The notes: a model not told the origin generated them from the letters alone. Positions 36,533 through 49,689 are shown, numbered from the whole stretch's first letter. The stretch: DNA of 63,861 nt, filler included, from Diploschistes diacapsis (GCA_023645945.1; 15 parts of 15 records of this genome joined end to end with filler, not necessarily neighbours in it), one strand, 5' to 3'. Translations and numbers: made by a program.

Positions 36533-39133
36533 GGAAATTGACGTGTTCGTGCTCCGTATGCATTGTTCGCTTTCAAGAGCATCGAATGGTCTGTCTGGGC
36601 GGTCCGTTGAGTGCTGAAGGCTACTCCTCAAGTGAAGAGAGAAGAAGAAGAAGAAGAAGGAGAAGGTTCTTGTAACGAACAAAGCAAAGTTCCCAAGGAG
36701 ACAGTGATTATAACACAGCGACAGGGTAGTGAAAAAGGGAGAAGAATCATGAAGTATTCTACAGGACAACCGGATTGTTTGAGAATGTGTGCATGGGTGC
36801 GTATAACTTATAATGAGCGATTGAGGAACTCATGATGATGCACTCATCAATGTAGAGTAATGGGGGTCTTATATGGTGGCATGCGAGAAGCTAGCATTGA
36901 GCAGGGATGCCGGGGTCCAGGAGCTTTGGAGAATGCGGAGAACCTGGTAGTCATTATTAGTATTATAGGCCGTTATAGTGAAAAACTTGCAAACTCGGCA
37001 CGGGTGAATGACAATTCGGCAGTCCTTTTTAAGGCTGCATGTAGACCCAAACAATGTCGTGCCAATGGGCGGGCAGGAATGAGGGATTGTGGTGGTTAAG
37101 AATTCAAGTTTGTGAACTAAGAAAACTGCTACGCACAACACACATACACACACACACACCTTAGGGGCTGCCTGAAACCTCTGACCGCAACGGGTTGCCT
37201 AATGGATACAGATCGTCAACGGCCTTTGTTTCGTGACCCTATGAGACTCCGCATAACGGTACCTCCCCCATTAGAGCTTCTCCGCTGCAACTTCGAAAAC
37301 GGAACGCGATGACTTCGAAATTGAAACAAGCCACAAGTTATTACCGCTTTCGATGCCTTTTCAGAGCAATAATGCCTCATACGACTCAGCAGCTGTTCTT
37401 TGATGTTCAGGATTCTAACCTGCTCTTGTAGCAGCTGGGGCCTTTGCACGTAGAATTTTCTTTATCGAACCTGCATCCTGGCTTGAACTCGAACTTGAAG
37501 GGGGGGAAGGAAACATTAGCGGCCACTTGGGCCGGGGAGGGGTCTGGCCGGACTTCGGGTTTAATCCCCGTGCCAGGCCAGACAGGGCTTATACTTATAC
37601 TTATACTACTACTAGTGGGGCAAGGTAGTACCAGGGATGCACCAAGCCATCTCCGATGCTGTCAGCTGTTAACAGATTTATAATACATGATCTAATAACA
37701 CGATTATGAGTATTACATATACCTCGACAACTGTTTAGCTCGATATGATGACATTATTGGCAATCGATCTAAATACTAAATATTTCACACTAGCGGGTCC
37801 CCGAAGGGAGTTAATAGAAAGTTATAGTTTAAAAGTTGAAATTGGGACGTGCGTCTTGTTGACGGATTAGGAACGACAGGTATTGCATTAGTTTTACAAT
37901 GATACGAGGTTTTCACCACGTCATGCCTTTTGTTGGACTTGATCACACTGTGATGGGCATTGGGCAATCCGGGGCCCCAGCAGCCTGCAAGCCTCAGGCT
38001 CACAGAGCGTGTCGACCGTGGGACCAGCCCTGTCAAAGAGGGACTATTCATTGAGAAGACGCGGTTTGCGCTCCTCGAAAAGCCGGCAAAGGGACGCATG
38101 GTGGTCAAAGACCGATATGCAGTCGATACTGCGGGCCTCTGCATCGCATTGAAGCAGAGGCGAAAAAAAGCCGAACCAATGATAATAATAATAACTACAG
38201 ACAGAAAACTGTTTTATCACCTTCTCCACCTAATGCCAAAAGCTCGAGGACAGCTTGAAAGGGGCAGCGCATGCTAGCAAAGCTAATACTCCGCATTTTA
38301 GCTATTTGTGACACGGAAGGTAAGATGCGTGATCCGGACATGAGGGATACTTGCCCTGAACTGGACACAATGCGCTAAATTACTTTGCATCTCCATGTGT
38401 TTCTACAATGTGCGTTTGACGAGGACGTGAGGTTGGATTTGCCATGCGCAACGCCTACGCAGAAGAATCCTATCAGGTAACTTGTGATAGATGAAGGTTC
38501 GTTCATGGCGCTTTCCATTAGAATTGCGCTACTTAGTTTGGCGGAGCTTCAGGGTCTCCATGTTTAGTGAAGAGTCAGGCACGATGGTTGTTGCAACATA
38601 AGCGGTAACTCAGCTACTGTATGCAGCAGGAGTATTGTACTCCTGCTGTCGCTGGATTTGCAGTTCGAAAGACACGTATTCGAGTCGTATCACTGATCGT
38701 ATCTCAATGAAGTATCGTGAAGATGTTACGAAGCTCTCCTCAAGCTCACAGAAAACGAAAACGGCGTTGGCGGTCGGGACTTTCGATCCGAGAGATGCCG
38801 ATTGGCTTGGCGGCCAAAACTAAAGGTACGATATGATATGACGTGCCAGGAACTCCAGATGCGCAACAAACGGAAGCTATCTTGAAGCTTGAAGTAAGAA
38901 ATCTGACATCAGCCCGGCTCCAGGGCGCTGCGCTTTCTCATAGGCTTCATACTGTTCTAAGAATCACCAGTATCACGATGCCAAACCTCATCGCAAATGT
39001 CCGCGCCGTGCACTCGGGTGGTGCTCGGCAGCGCAGATCCTAATCTCGAGAGATTTCACTTTGCCATGCCCTCGACCCCGTCTATCCTGCCTTTGAAACA
39101 ACCTGATATATTTAAATACCGTCTTGTATAAAT

Positions 39134-42100
39134 ATGGCGGGCGTGGTCGCTCCCGAGAAAAAGGTCGAGCCTGTCGACGAAGCAGCGCAGTCACCAGCTA
39201 CAACCGTGCTAAGCGATCAGCAGACTGGCGCTGACGCGAAGTCAAAGGTACAAACCCCCTCAGAACGTGAGTATAGCTTCCTTTTGGATCTGAATCGTCT
39301 GCTTATACGAAGAAGAGCGACCGGCGGCGAGCAGAAGCTTCCCGTCTAAACTGATCCGCAATCGGTCAAGCAACGTCACCCACACTCTGAACATTTCGCT
39401 ACCGAATGGAACGGACACAATCAAGAAAGATTCACCTTCCATAGACCCTCTGTCGCAGGTCAGTTTATTCCTCTGTGCATACTATTAATGCTGAGAAGGA
39501 GGGGAACAGCATATTATCGAGCGCACAAGACCAGATGCTGGTTACACTCAGAGGACACGACTTACTCCAACCGAGGACGAACCTCAGGCCGCCGACTCGA
39601 TATTCTCTCCAACCGTACCCTCAAGAACTTCTACAGAGCCATCTACCAATAGAGCTGAATCACAAGGGCCACAGACTAGGGACAATAAGAAGTAAGTACC
39701 AGAATCGCGTTGGCTTCCTCGACGACTACCCACGCTTACTTTGTTCTGGCCGTGATGGCGGGCGAACTAACAGTCTTTCAGAAACAGAGTCTCGTTTCTT
39801 AGTCGTTTTCGAGGTTCAAAGAAGCGAGATACGGAGCAAGAACCCGAACAAATCGAGAATGAAGAGGATAACGAGGACAAGCGATTGGACGGAGCAGATG
39901 CGGAGACGTTCTCTCAGCCCATGGGTTACATACCCAGATTTCTAGAGCCACCCAAGTACATCAAAGTGAAAGCGCAGGGGAAGAAAGAGAAAGACTTCGA
40001 CCGGGTTTTCCTAGCGCAAGAACTCCGAGGGCTTAGTAGTGTCGAGATCGCACAAGCGGGGGGCAGGCGCATCAATCCTGCAGAGAAGGTCAAACGGGGT
40101 GAAGCCATCTGGGCATTGGAATTCTCCAAGGATGGGCGCTTCCTGGCGGCAGGAGGCCATGACCATATAGTGCGCGTTTGGGCAGTAATATCGAACGACG
40201 ACGAGCGCCGAGAGCATGAAAAGGAGGAAGAAGCTAGCAGGAATGCCGATCAAACCAAGCTCAGCGCTCCAGTTTTCAAACGGAAACCTGTGCACGAGTA
40301 CGAGGGACACACCGAGGCAATACTGGATCTGAGCTGGAGCAAGAACAATTTTCTGCTCTCTTCGTCCATGGACAAGACCGTTCGGCTCTGGCACGTTACA
40401 CGCAGTGAGTGCTTGTGCGCGTTCAAGCACAGTGATTTCATTACATCTATCCAATTCCATCCGCGCGACGATCGATTCTTCCTCGCGGGATCGTTGGATT
40501 CCAAGATTCGGCTATGGAGTATCCCCGATAAGAGCGTCGCATATTGGAGCAAAACGAATGACCTTATTACGGCTGTCGCTTTCACACCAGATGGTAAGAT
40601 AGCAATCGCAGGATGCCTTTCTGGAGTGTGTTGTTTCTTTGAAACAGATGGTTTCAGGCAGTTGACTCAGATGCACGTCCGCTCGACTCATGGCAAGAAC
40701 GCGAAAGGTTCGAAGATCACCGGTATTCAAACAATTAACAGTCCTGCCTCTGACCCAAATGGCGATGTCAAGCTGCTCATCACGAGCAACGATTCGCGAA
40801 CGAGGCTCTATAACTATAGAGACAAAAGCCTGGAAATGAAGCTGAAGGGCCCGGAGAACACGAGCAGTCAGATTAGGGCTTCATTTAGCGACGATGGTCG
40901 TTACATCATCAGCGGTAGTGAGGACAAGAAGGCATATATATGGCCGACTGGAGTCCCCGAAAAGGACAAAGACAAACGTCCAGTGGAGAGTTTCGAAGCC
41001 CATACCTGTTCGGTTACCGCAGCTGTCTTAGCTCCGACCAGGACACGACAGCTTCTCCAAACATCCGGAGACCCCATCTTCGTGCTCTGTAATCCCCCAC
41101 CTGTGCAGCTTGTCAGTCGCACGGAGTCACACTCCTCATGGGTGCCCTCTGAAGGTGACGTACAGGGAAGCGTGCCACCTACTTCTTCACGACCGAAACC
41201 AGAAGAATCACCTGCCTACCTTGCTAGAGCATGGCACAATAATGGCAATATCATCGTGACCGCAGACTTCCAGGGTCGCATAAAGGTGTTCAGACAAGAT
41301 TGCGCTCACAAGCAGCGGATCAAGCATAATGAGAATTGGGAGACTGGCTCGACAATTTCTAAGAAGATGCTTAACCGTTCATCATCCATTGCCACGAGGG
41401 CAAGCCGTCGCTCAATGCGGGACAGCCTCTCTTACCCCTCGACGGATCGCATACATTCGTGGCGCCTGTCCGTTGATCATCCTTCCCTCGCGGCCAGTTC
41501 TCCTCGACTCTCCACCGACACTTTCTCGAAGCCATCACCCAGTCGCAGCATCTTCAACAGGTCTCGTTCTCCACGAAAGTTTATCTCAAGTGGGAAATTC
41601 AGTTCCCCTCCTCAGTTACCTTCCTCGGCCAGCACACCTACCATCTCATCACGGCCCTCATTTGCAACAGCGCAAGACCCTGCCGACGCCAAGAAGCGGT
41701 CTCCAGCCACGACAGACTCGTCTCGGAGCACAGTGCAAAGCGTACAGGAAGAGCCGGTGTCGGAGTCCTTGCGCTCACTCCCAGCAGCAGCCCCAAAGCC
41801 TCGACTTCTACCGGATGTTGCCGCCAACTCTGTAATATTGACTAACGATGACTACGCATCGCAGATGTATAACAGCATTGCACGCCAGGAAACGAAATCA
41901 ATATCCGAGATAAGTCTAGGGCGACAGAGTCGTACGGATAGTCTGGACAATGCCGGCCACACGAACACGGATCACAGCAGTCACCTGATGCCCGGCGGTC
42001 TCGGTGTAGAAAATGCGACGAGCCGCTCTAATAGCGTTGGGGCAGCTAGCATGCCCACAGATGAGATGAGTAGCGGGAGTATAGGAAACGAGGAAGAGGA

Positions 42101-42209
42101 CGACGAGGGTATCAAATGCAAAAGATGTGGCGGCGAGGAATTCAGGGTGAAGAAGAAAGCAAAAGGCAATGTCATGATATGTGGGAAGTGTGGGCTGGAA
42201 CTCGTGTAG
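39134..42209 (+). CDS. WD40-repeat protein, WDR44/Rab11BP - yeast Dgr2/Laf1 family; 4 exons; C-terminal CxxC..CxxC knuckle
   Basis: Spliced IDPLSQ/HIIERT, VSFLSRF, PPKYIKVK, FDRVFLAQEL, LDLSWSKNNFLLSSSMDKTVRLW, FHPRDDRFFLAGSLD, LITSNDSR. Confidence 0.9.
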
Positions 42210-42311
42210 GATTATTGTAAGGGTTTGGATAGAAGGGCTCTCTGCAAAGGGATCTGTAGGGTGATGAAGCTCTGTGTTGGTGCGCATTGGATCCTGCACC
42301 TCTCATGGGAT

Positions 42312-43302
42312 CTAGAGGTAATACTGGGACGATACGAGGATGATGTTTGGAAGATGTGGCCATTTAATCGAGGTTGAGAATCCATCCTGCATACATAGGC
42401 AAGCATATCTATCGTTCCATGAGCCGCCATCAAGCGCGTAACTTCTTTCACGTCTGGAGTTGTGCCTTGTATGCATGCCACTTGGTGTTGCGCTCCTCTT
42501 CTCTCCCTTTCTATCCATCGTATTTCCAATGAATGTTTCATTTAATTTCGCTACAACAATCACACGCGTAAGTTGCACCCGGTAGTAATTCATGCCCAGA
42601 AACTGCGGTTTAACTTATTATCACGAGTTCTTACGCCAGATATAACTTCAAAGAAAAAGCACTTGGAGCAAAACTCTCATACAATATATACAACTTAATT
42701 CTCCAGACATCGGTGACGAGCACAGAATACATGCGTCCATATTAGTCGAGACATCACCGCTTGAATGGCTCCAGATCTCTCCGACAAAACCACCGTCTCG
42801 CTCCTAGTATCCTTCTCACCGCGTCCTTGATCTCCTCATCAACAGATTTATTCGCAAACTTTCCCGCGTTAACAAAGCCAGCTTGAATCACCTTCGGAGC
42901 TGTGAGTCAGATCTCCAAGTATTCGCTGAAATCGTAGTAGAGCTGGACAGAGAGGAAACCGACAAGTCCTTTGGCGGTGAAGGTAATACCTTTCCTTTGG
43001 TATCACGTCCACCACAGTAAGCTTTTCATCCTAGCTACGACGAGCGCTCATGGTAGATTTCAGATGTCGACACATTGTGTTGATGTTTGGTCACCCCTAA
43101 CCTGGGAGTGACCAAGACGCCTAAGAAGAGGAAGAGTTGTAGTTGCGGCGTTTAGCTGGCCAATAGTGTTTATCGCTCTATTAGCATGCTTGAGCTTGCA
43201 CGCCCGCCTGCGCGCGGCTACGGATTGCATGTTGAAGACGGTGCCGTAGCTGGTGACAAGGTCATTCGATATGTGCATCTTGCTTGACTCCATCATGCTC
43301 AC
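42312..43302 (-). pseudogene. Possible decayed gene of unknown family
   Basis: Protein-like frame with scattered stops (KGITFTAKGLVGFLSVQLYYDFSEYLEI*LTAPKVIQAGFVNAGKFANKSVDEEIKDAVRRILG), a GTAAGA..TGTAG intron-like segment, and an upstream TATAAATA plus CT-rich tract near 43565. Confidence 0.3.
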
Positions 43303-43988
43303 TGTTCCCCTGCCGGCGTCCGACTGTTTTATGATGGCACTGTAATATAATATACTATACGGGCTTCGAAAAGGTGGCTGTCCAGCGCCTGCTTCGAGAT
43401 TTTTTAATAGCTAGACTTGGAGATATACAATTTGGCTATTCTGATATCTATTATCGATCATGTTATCATGATAGTGAGGGCTGGTGTAATTGTATGTTCA
43501 AGTTACCATAAATAAAGTCTCACGATGAAGGTCTCCGGGGGAGGAACGGGAAAGAGGGAAGTATTTATAAGATATTATGGAATTGAATGGGCAGTGATCA
43601 TTTAACAGACATAAGCATACACATGTATTCTGCTGATGGTAGCGGTTTCTTTATCGTCTCCTGATCTTAGTTTGTACTCACCACATCTATTCCCGCGTGA
43701 CTGTTATCAGAAATCTCATGATGGCTTCAATTTCTACTTTAGATTCTAGCGTAGACGCTACTAAGCGGAAATCGTTTAATTAGGGTTAAAGCTGCTAAAT
43801 AGCCTGCCAATGAAAAGTTTAGCATCAGCAAGCTCCGTTTAGAGGTTCAATAAAGTGCCCAGAAGGGTGGTTGCTGAGGATGATGATGCGCCTGGAGGTC
43901 TTCAGCGCGCAACCTCCTACAGTATCCACTTTGTCCTCCACACATCCTTATCCGTTTCTTTCTTCTGAACAGCTGGGTTCATAGCGCA

Positions 43989-44956
43989 ATGACTTCGAAT
44001 CCACCCCCACCACCACCGGGCGGCGCGCCGTCCGCTCAACCTACGCAGAAGCTTGCAGATATCATTGGGCATATGCGCCCTGCGAAGGTAAGACACCACC
44101 AGGTCCAGGCCAGCTCTGAGTACAACCAGGCTCACTCTCTTGCTAGCAATTCAAGTTCTCCAAGCCCGACACGACCGCGACTTCCCTTCACTTCGACGAC
44201 ACAGGTGAATTCCTACTCGCCGCGCTCTCCGACGAGACGCTACAACTCTACAACTGCCGTGAAGGCCGTGCAGAAAAGACACTTCTCTCCAAAAAATACG
44301 GCTGCCACCTAGCGCGCTTCACGCACCATGCCCAATCCATCATCTATGCCTCCACCAAAACTGACGACACAATCCGCTACCTCTCCACCCACGACAACCA
44401 ATACCTGCGCTACTTCAAAGGCCACACCGCGCCCGTCACCTCCCTAAACCTCTGCCCCGCCAACGACACCTTCTGTTCCTCCTCGGCCCACGACCACACC
44501 GTACGCCTCTGGAACCTCTCCTCGCCGCACCCGCACGGCAAACTCTCCCTCGCCACTCCCTCGCTAACGGCCTACGACCCTACCGCGACCGTCCTCGCCA
44601 TCGCCAGCCCCAGCACATCCAGCATCCTAATGTACGACCTGCGCAATTTCGACAAAGCGCCCTTCTCGACCTTCGACCTCGCCGAGCTCGACTCGACGCC
44701 GCACATCGCCTCGCAGCCCCCGCCGCTCTTCCAGCAGCGACACCCGCAGGACTGGACCTCGCTCGCCTTCTCCAACGACGGCAAGCACCTCCTCCTCGGC
44801 ACCAACTCGGCCGCAGGCCACGTCCTCCTCGACGCCTTCTCCGGCGCCCTGCGCGCCTTCCTCGTCCGCCATCCGTCCGCCCTCCCGCTCGACCCCGCGC
44901 GCCAGCGGCCCGCGCCCTGGCAGCCGCCCCTCCCCGCCCCTCCGTCCAACTACAAC
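43989..44956 (+). CDS. SWD2: COMPASS/CPF WD40 subunit Swd2 (WDR82), 3'-truncated; intron 44088-44146
   Basis: SLHFDDTGE, LLSKKYGCHLARFTH, IIYASTK, IRYLSTHDNQYLRYFKGH, MYDLRNFDKAPF, FSNDGK. Confidence 0.95.
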
Positions 44957-45056
44957 NNNNNNNNNNNNNNNNNNNNNNNNNNNNNNNNNNNNNNNNNNNN
45001 TTAATTAATTAANNNNNNNNNNNNNNNNNNNNNNNNNNNNNNNNNNNNNNNNNNNN

Positions 45057-45467
45057 GTCGCTGCTGCGCCGGGCGGGCACGTAGTAGCTCCTGTCGAAGC
45101 TCTGGGTGGGGGCGCGCTTCATGATGCGCAGACCGCGCTCCATGGCTTTTAGCAGGGAACGCACGGCGGGGCACTCGGAGGGGATCTCGACCTGCACGCG
45201 CTGGTTGCGCTCCGAGTCGACGACGGAGTAGGCCTGTCCGGCTTTGCCGTAGACGTACTGTGCAACGTCTAGCGCGCGTTGGTGGCCTTTCGGGCAGAGC
45301 GTGCCGCCTTCGCGGTAGGTTTCGTAGGGGTCGGAGCAGGAGCGGCACTTGGAGGCGTGGCGGGCGAAGGCTCTGATGACGTAGAGCTCGTCGTCCTGGG
45401 GGAGGCGGGAGTAGTCGTTTCGCGAGGAGAAGGAGACTCGCCGGGAAGGGAGGGAGAAGGAAGGCAT
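45057..45467 (-). CDS. Conserved fungal hypothetical protein with Cys/His motif, 3'-truncated
   Basis: GC3-rich ORF; DDELYVIRAFARHASKCRSCSDP..LCPKGH..DVAQYVY..AYSVVD..VRSLLKAMERGLR. Confidence 0.75.
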
Positions 45468-46769
45468 TGCGTGTGATGGATTTTGGCGTTAATTAAAAAC
45501 CTATAGAAAAAAAAAGGGACTAGTTGAAGAAGGTCATGAAAGACGAGCCGGCTCGTGACGCCAAAATAGAAGAGGAAAGAGAATTTGGGAGGAGCCGGGT
45601 TTTCTTATGGTATGGTCGAGCAGGTATAGCAACAGTTTGTGCTGCTGGGTAACCTTCCCTTGATTGGACTGTTTGGCCGTTTGGTTGTTATCCGTAGGGC
45701 TGGCGTTGGTGCCAAGGTTCAGTTGGCGTGGGAAAAGGTTGGTTTTTGTTGCAGGTATGAAGAGAAGTCGAGTCGAGAATGGAAGAACAGCAACCATGCG
45801 AGTTATATGTCTGAAATAGAATAACGAAGAGGAAACGAGATTGTTGGATACCTACTTATGAGAACGACCGAATACTTCTTTTCAGCTTTGTTCGCACAAG
45901 AACGGACATGGATGCCTGGAGTGCTCCTGGGAGTCATGGGTGTCAAAAGGTACCTACCTCTAAGGCCATGCTTCACTAGACTCTGTCTTCAAAGCTTACC
46001 ATGGTCGGTGGTATGATTCGACAATTGGCTTGCCCTTTGGCCGATATGAATGCCTTCCGAGTATGGGCCCATCCATGACTGTTCTTAAAGCTGGGGACGG
46101 AGGGTGCAACATCTTCATACAAATGAAGGGACTTTTCAAAGTGGGCTCAAAGACACAGACGCAGGCCATTGCGCATGACGAGCAGCGTTTGATGTGGGTC
46201 CAGGATCGAGTCATCATCAAAAACATAACAATGGTGGAAGCTCGAAGTCGAGGTTGATTTACAGAGGAACAATGGGACAATGACAGGACACGGGATGAGA
46301 AGAGGCTGAAAGGTGCCTCGTCTGGGAAAAGTGAAAAACAAGTCAATTTTGGGCTTTAGGGGAGAGTTGCAGGGAGCCGATACAGCCCCGGCTGGAGACA
46401 GACAGACGACACAGGCAGACACAACTCTGGCAAGAGCCCCGGCGGCCAAAGATAAAGATGCCCCCGGTGAGAGTGAATGACTGAATGACTGACTGACTCA
46501 GCTCAGCCACCCCTTGACCCCTTGACCCCTTGACNNNNNNNNNNNNNNNNNNNNNNNNNNNNNNNNNNNNNNNNNNNNTTAATTAATTAANNNNNNNNNN
46601 NNNNNNNNNNNNNNNNNNNNNNNNNNNNNNNNNNTGTATGCGCCTATAAGCTCAGAGCGCTCCCAGAGCTTCAAACGACGATATGGTGGCATTATTGTAG
46701 AAATAATAGTAGGCATTTATTGTTTATTTGCACCGATTTAACCGAGGGACCATTACTTTTGGACTAGTA

Positions 46770-47126
46770 CTGTACTACCGTAAATCCACCGAAACACCGC
46801 GATCAAAAAATAAAAGCGTAAAAAATAAACGTAATAATTCCAAAACTATTAAAAAATAAATATTATTGAAAAATGTTTCGGTAAATACACGAACACGGTA
46901 ATAAATCTATTAACACGGACACTACGATTAAAAATTTTAAGACACGGACATTTCCACGGACATTATATTATAATAAAAACACGGACACGGACATTACAGC
47001 TAAAAATTTTAAAACACGGACACTTCCACGGACATTACATTATAGTAAAAGCACGGACACGGACACTACGGATAAAAATTTCAAAACACGGACACTGCCA
47101 CGGCCGTGTCCGTGACGGCCAGCCTA
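46770..47126. mobile_element. Partial copy of hAT-like MITE (one TIR)
   Basis: Ends GTGACGGCCAGCCTA; ACACGGAC arrays; aligns with 47221-47502 and 52054-52621. Confidence 0.8.
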
Positions 47127-47220
47127 ATCTATTTAACGACGTAAAATAAATTAATATATTTAACTTTTATAATTAATGTTAAAACTGAACTTTATTTCTT
47201 ATTTATTTAAAATATTGATT

Positions 47221-47502
47221 TAGGCTGGCCGTCACTGACACTGACACGGGCCGTGTTAGTGACACGGACACTGTATTTCCGTGAATTTATCGAAATACTA
47301 CGGCTGAAAATTTTAAAACACGGACATTTCTACGGACATTACATTATAGTAAAAGCACGGACACGGATATTACGGTTAAAAATTTTAAAACACGGATACT
47401 TCCACGGATACTACATTATAGTAAAAGCACGGACACGGACACTACGGCTAAAAATTTCAAAACACGGACACTACCACGGCCGTGTCCGTGACGGCCAGCC
47501 TA
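47221..47502. mobile_element. 282-bp hAT-like MITE
   Basis: TIRs TAGGCTGGCCGTCAC / GTGACGGCCAGCCTA; repeated subterminal ACACGGAC motifs; no clear TSD. Confidence 0.85.
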
Positions 47503-47720
47503 GAACGCCCCTACAGGAATACTACATAACCAGGGGCTAGGCCTAATCTGGAAGGATCACGTGTAGCTGCAATCTGTAGGCTGAATGGTTCAGATTCGAA
47601 AAGGTGAAGAAGGAACTATCTAGGTGGGAGCAGGGCACATATAAATACTGAGTGCTAGCCCTACCAGCCCTATCAGGGCTCAACCCTTGAACCCACAAAC
47701 GATCATGATGTTCCAATTAT
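47503..47720 (+). mobile_element. LTR-like repeat (less mutated copy of 22359-22515) with TATAAATA
   Basis: Pairwise similarity to the 22.4-kb copy, mostly by transitions; TATA at about 47640. Confidence 0.6.
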
Positions 47721-48212
47721 AATATTAATATAACGATTTAGACCTAAAAACGTTCTCGATTATTAATATTTACGTTTACACGAGACCCTAATCGCGAACG
47801 ACGATTTAACGGATTAAGTTATTAATTTAAAAAAAATAATAAATCGATTAAACAATTTAAGCCTATTTAACGTTATTTTGATTTATCGGGACTTATCCGT
47901 CTCGACATCGGTTTTTATATTTTATAATTTACCGTCGATTTATCTACGTTTTTCGTATTATTTTTAACACGGGACCTTTTTAAATTAACTCGGTTTCGCC
48001 TTTTACGTCCGCTCGTATCTTATTTATAACTCGTGCGGAACCCGTTTTTATTTCATTAAATATAATTTCGATTAACTTTAAAATAACGATCGAAACTTAT
48101 ATTAATAATTTTNNNNNNNNNNNNNNNNNNNNNNNNNNNNNNNNNNNNNNNNNNNNTTAATTAATTAANNNNNNNNNNNNNNNNNNNNNNNNNNNNNNNN
48201 NNNNNNNNNNNN

Positions 48213-48893
48213 GTTCAAAGGGTGATAGTTTATCTAATTTGATGTCGCGGTAGCGGTTTATGGCATCTAAATGATCTTGGCTTGCTTGTCGCTTATGCAT
48301 CACTTCGGTTATTAATGTTGTTTTATTAGTAATTCTTTTTATTTTCTCGATAAAAACATCTTTTCTCGCTTTTGTTACCTGGCTTTCTTTATGCTTTATA
48401 TCTTATTTCATTTTTAATAGTATGTTTTTTACTATTTCTGGTGCATCCTTCAATATAAATTCGAAACTATCTTCTTGCTCTAACGACTCGCCTACTAATA
48501 TTTTACCTTTAGATTACGAGTCTCGTTCTTACTATTCGGTATGATCTAAATCCTCTTTATTAAGTAAAATAATTCTAGATCGTTTATTTCTTTCCCTTCC
48601 TTCACTTTCTTTTATTTTAATTTGGTTGCGTGGGTTTGTTCTGCGTCTACGTTGCGAAGAACGTGTTATCTTATCGGATCGTCGTCCTTAAGAAAGGTAA
48701 AGTAATTAGAACTATAAAGGGTGGAATACGATAATATGGCAAGATAACTACACGCAGGGCAAATTCATACTAAGACTAATTACTAAAGAAAAGGAGAGAG
48801 TAAAAAAGGCAAAATCCCCCTTCAAGTACCCGCAAGCCAAGACCCTAAGTGCCGCTTGTCCGACTATTAGCATGCTCCTTGCTTGGCCTTACA
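48213..48893 (-). mobile_element. 5' LTR (48893-48664, TG..CA) plus leader/gag remnant of an LTR retrotransposon
   Basis: Minus strand TGTAAGG..GATAACA; colinear second copy at 56094-56639 with a different flank. Confidence 0.8.
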
Positions 48894-48894
48894 G

Positions 48895-49200
48895 TAGGGT
48901 AATTTTTTAATTAAGATTTTTAGACTTTAATATATTTATTTCGTTGTTAAATAGGTTATAAGTCCGGTTTAATATTTACTTTATTACGTTTAATCGTTTA
49001 TTAAAATTAAGTTTCTCGGTAGTTGTTACGGTTACGAACGCGAGCACCGATTACGTTATTTAACGTAGGTTAAATTGAAGAGATTTAAAAGCTTAGGATC
49101 TGAATTATGAGACCTTAGGGTGGGCTGATTTAAAGGTAGAAGTTATATTACTTTAAAAGAACGCGGGACCTTAATACGCTGACCTAGGGTAGACCTAAAT
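48895..49200. repeat. RIP-degraded dispersed repeat; inverted copy at about 58490-58790
   Basis: TAGACTTTAATATAT..TTATAAGTCCGG matches the reverse complement of CCCGGGCTTATAA..ATATATTAAAGTCTAG. Confidence 0.75.
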
Positions 49201-49421
49201 AAGAAGTAATTGGATCTAGATATCATCTATATAGGCCAACGAAAAAAAATAATCTTCTTTTTTTCCTCGCCAATATCGAAGTTCAGCTGAATTACGCTGA
49301 ACCTTTCGATTACCTTCATTTCTATTACAGAGGATCATTTTCTGTATTATTCATCAATTACTTACTAATTACGAGTCATTTATTTAATAAATCTTTTTTA
49401 TTTACGAAAAATAGTAACAAG

Positions 49422-49689
49422 ATGGAAGACATTTTATCTAAGAAGCGGGTTCCTCCCATCCTAAGAAAAGAGAATTAATAGCAATGGTTTGAACTTATAC
49501 GCATATATCTTGAAAGTAAAGAGATGGACTACGTTTTTGATAATCAGCCACTATCGCCTACTGTAGTTACTCCAGATGATTCTATATCATCTATCCTTAC
49601 CGGTTTAGGTTCAGTTTTGGATAAAATATCTAGATAATAAAAGAAAGATCAATCTAAAGTAAACTACTAGATTATGATCTGTACAGGAG
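49422..49689 (+). mobile_element. Copia-like gag N-terminus remnant
   Basis: PPILRKEN**QWFELIRIYLESKEM resembles the copia gag L..EN...W...M..YL start, with RIP-type stops. Confidence 0.5.

Noticed and set aside
36800..39100. Hidden gene or ncRNA in the 2.3-kb divergent intergenic region
   Set aside because: Only short ORFs without motifs, short (CA)n and ATACTT repeats and weak hairpins; no tRNA, snoRNA or riboswitch consensus could be supported.
42560..43790. Telomerase RNA on the minus strand: template-like TAACCCTAA (43788-43780), a GAG-TTTTG-CTC P6.1-like hairpin and an ATAAGT donor-like hexamer near 42615
   Set aside because: A TATA/CT promoter lies downstream of the supposed template, no pseudoknot or adjacent Sm site could be identified, the loop lacks the conserved G, and a canonical GTAAGA donor explains the intron. 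The TTAGGG motif is more simply a promoter site or chance. An Infernal search with a Pezizomycotina TER model would settle it.
46510..46534. CCCCTTGA x3 at a contig end as a variant telomere
   Set aside because: Only three units, next to other simple repeats in an upstream region, and not TTAGGG-like enough.
46890..47502. CRISPR-like regularly spaced repeats (also 22568-22660 and 52054-52621)
   Set aside because: Eukaryotic DNA with no cas genes; the spacers are themselves repeated; the arrays are bounded by TIRs or LTR-like ends.
48655..48755. Tf1-like self-priming signal (GTTATCTT in the LTR complementary to AAGATAAC)
   Set aside because: The complementary segment lies inside the predicted LTR end rather than after it, and it is degraded in the second copy.
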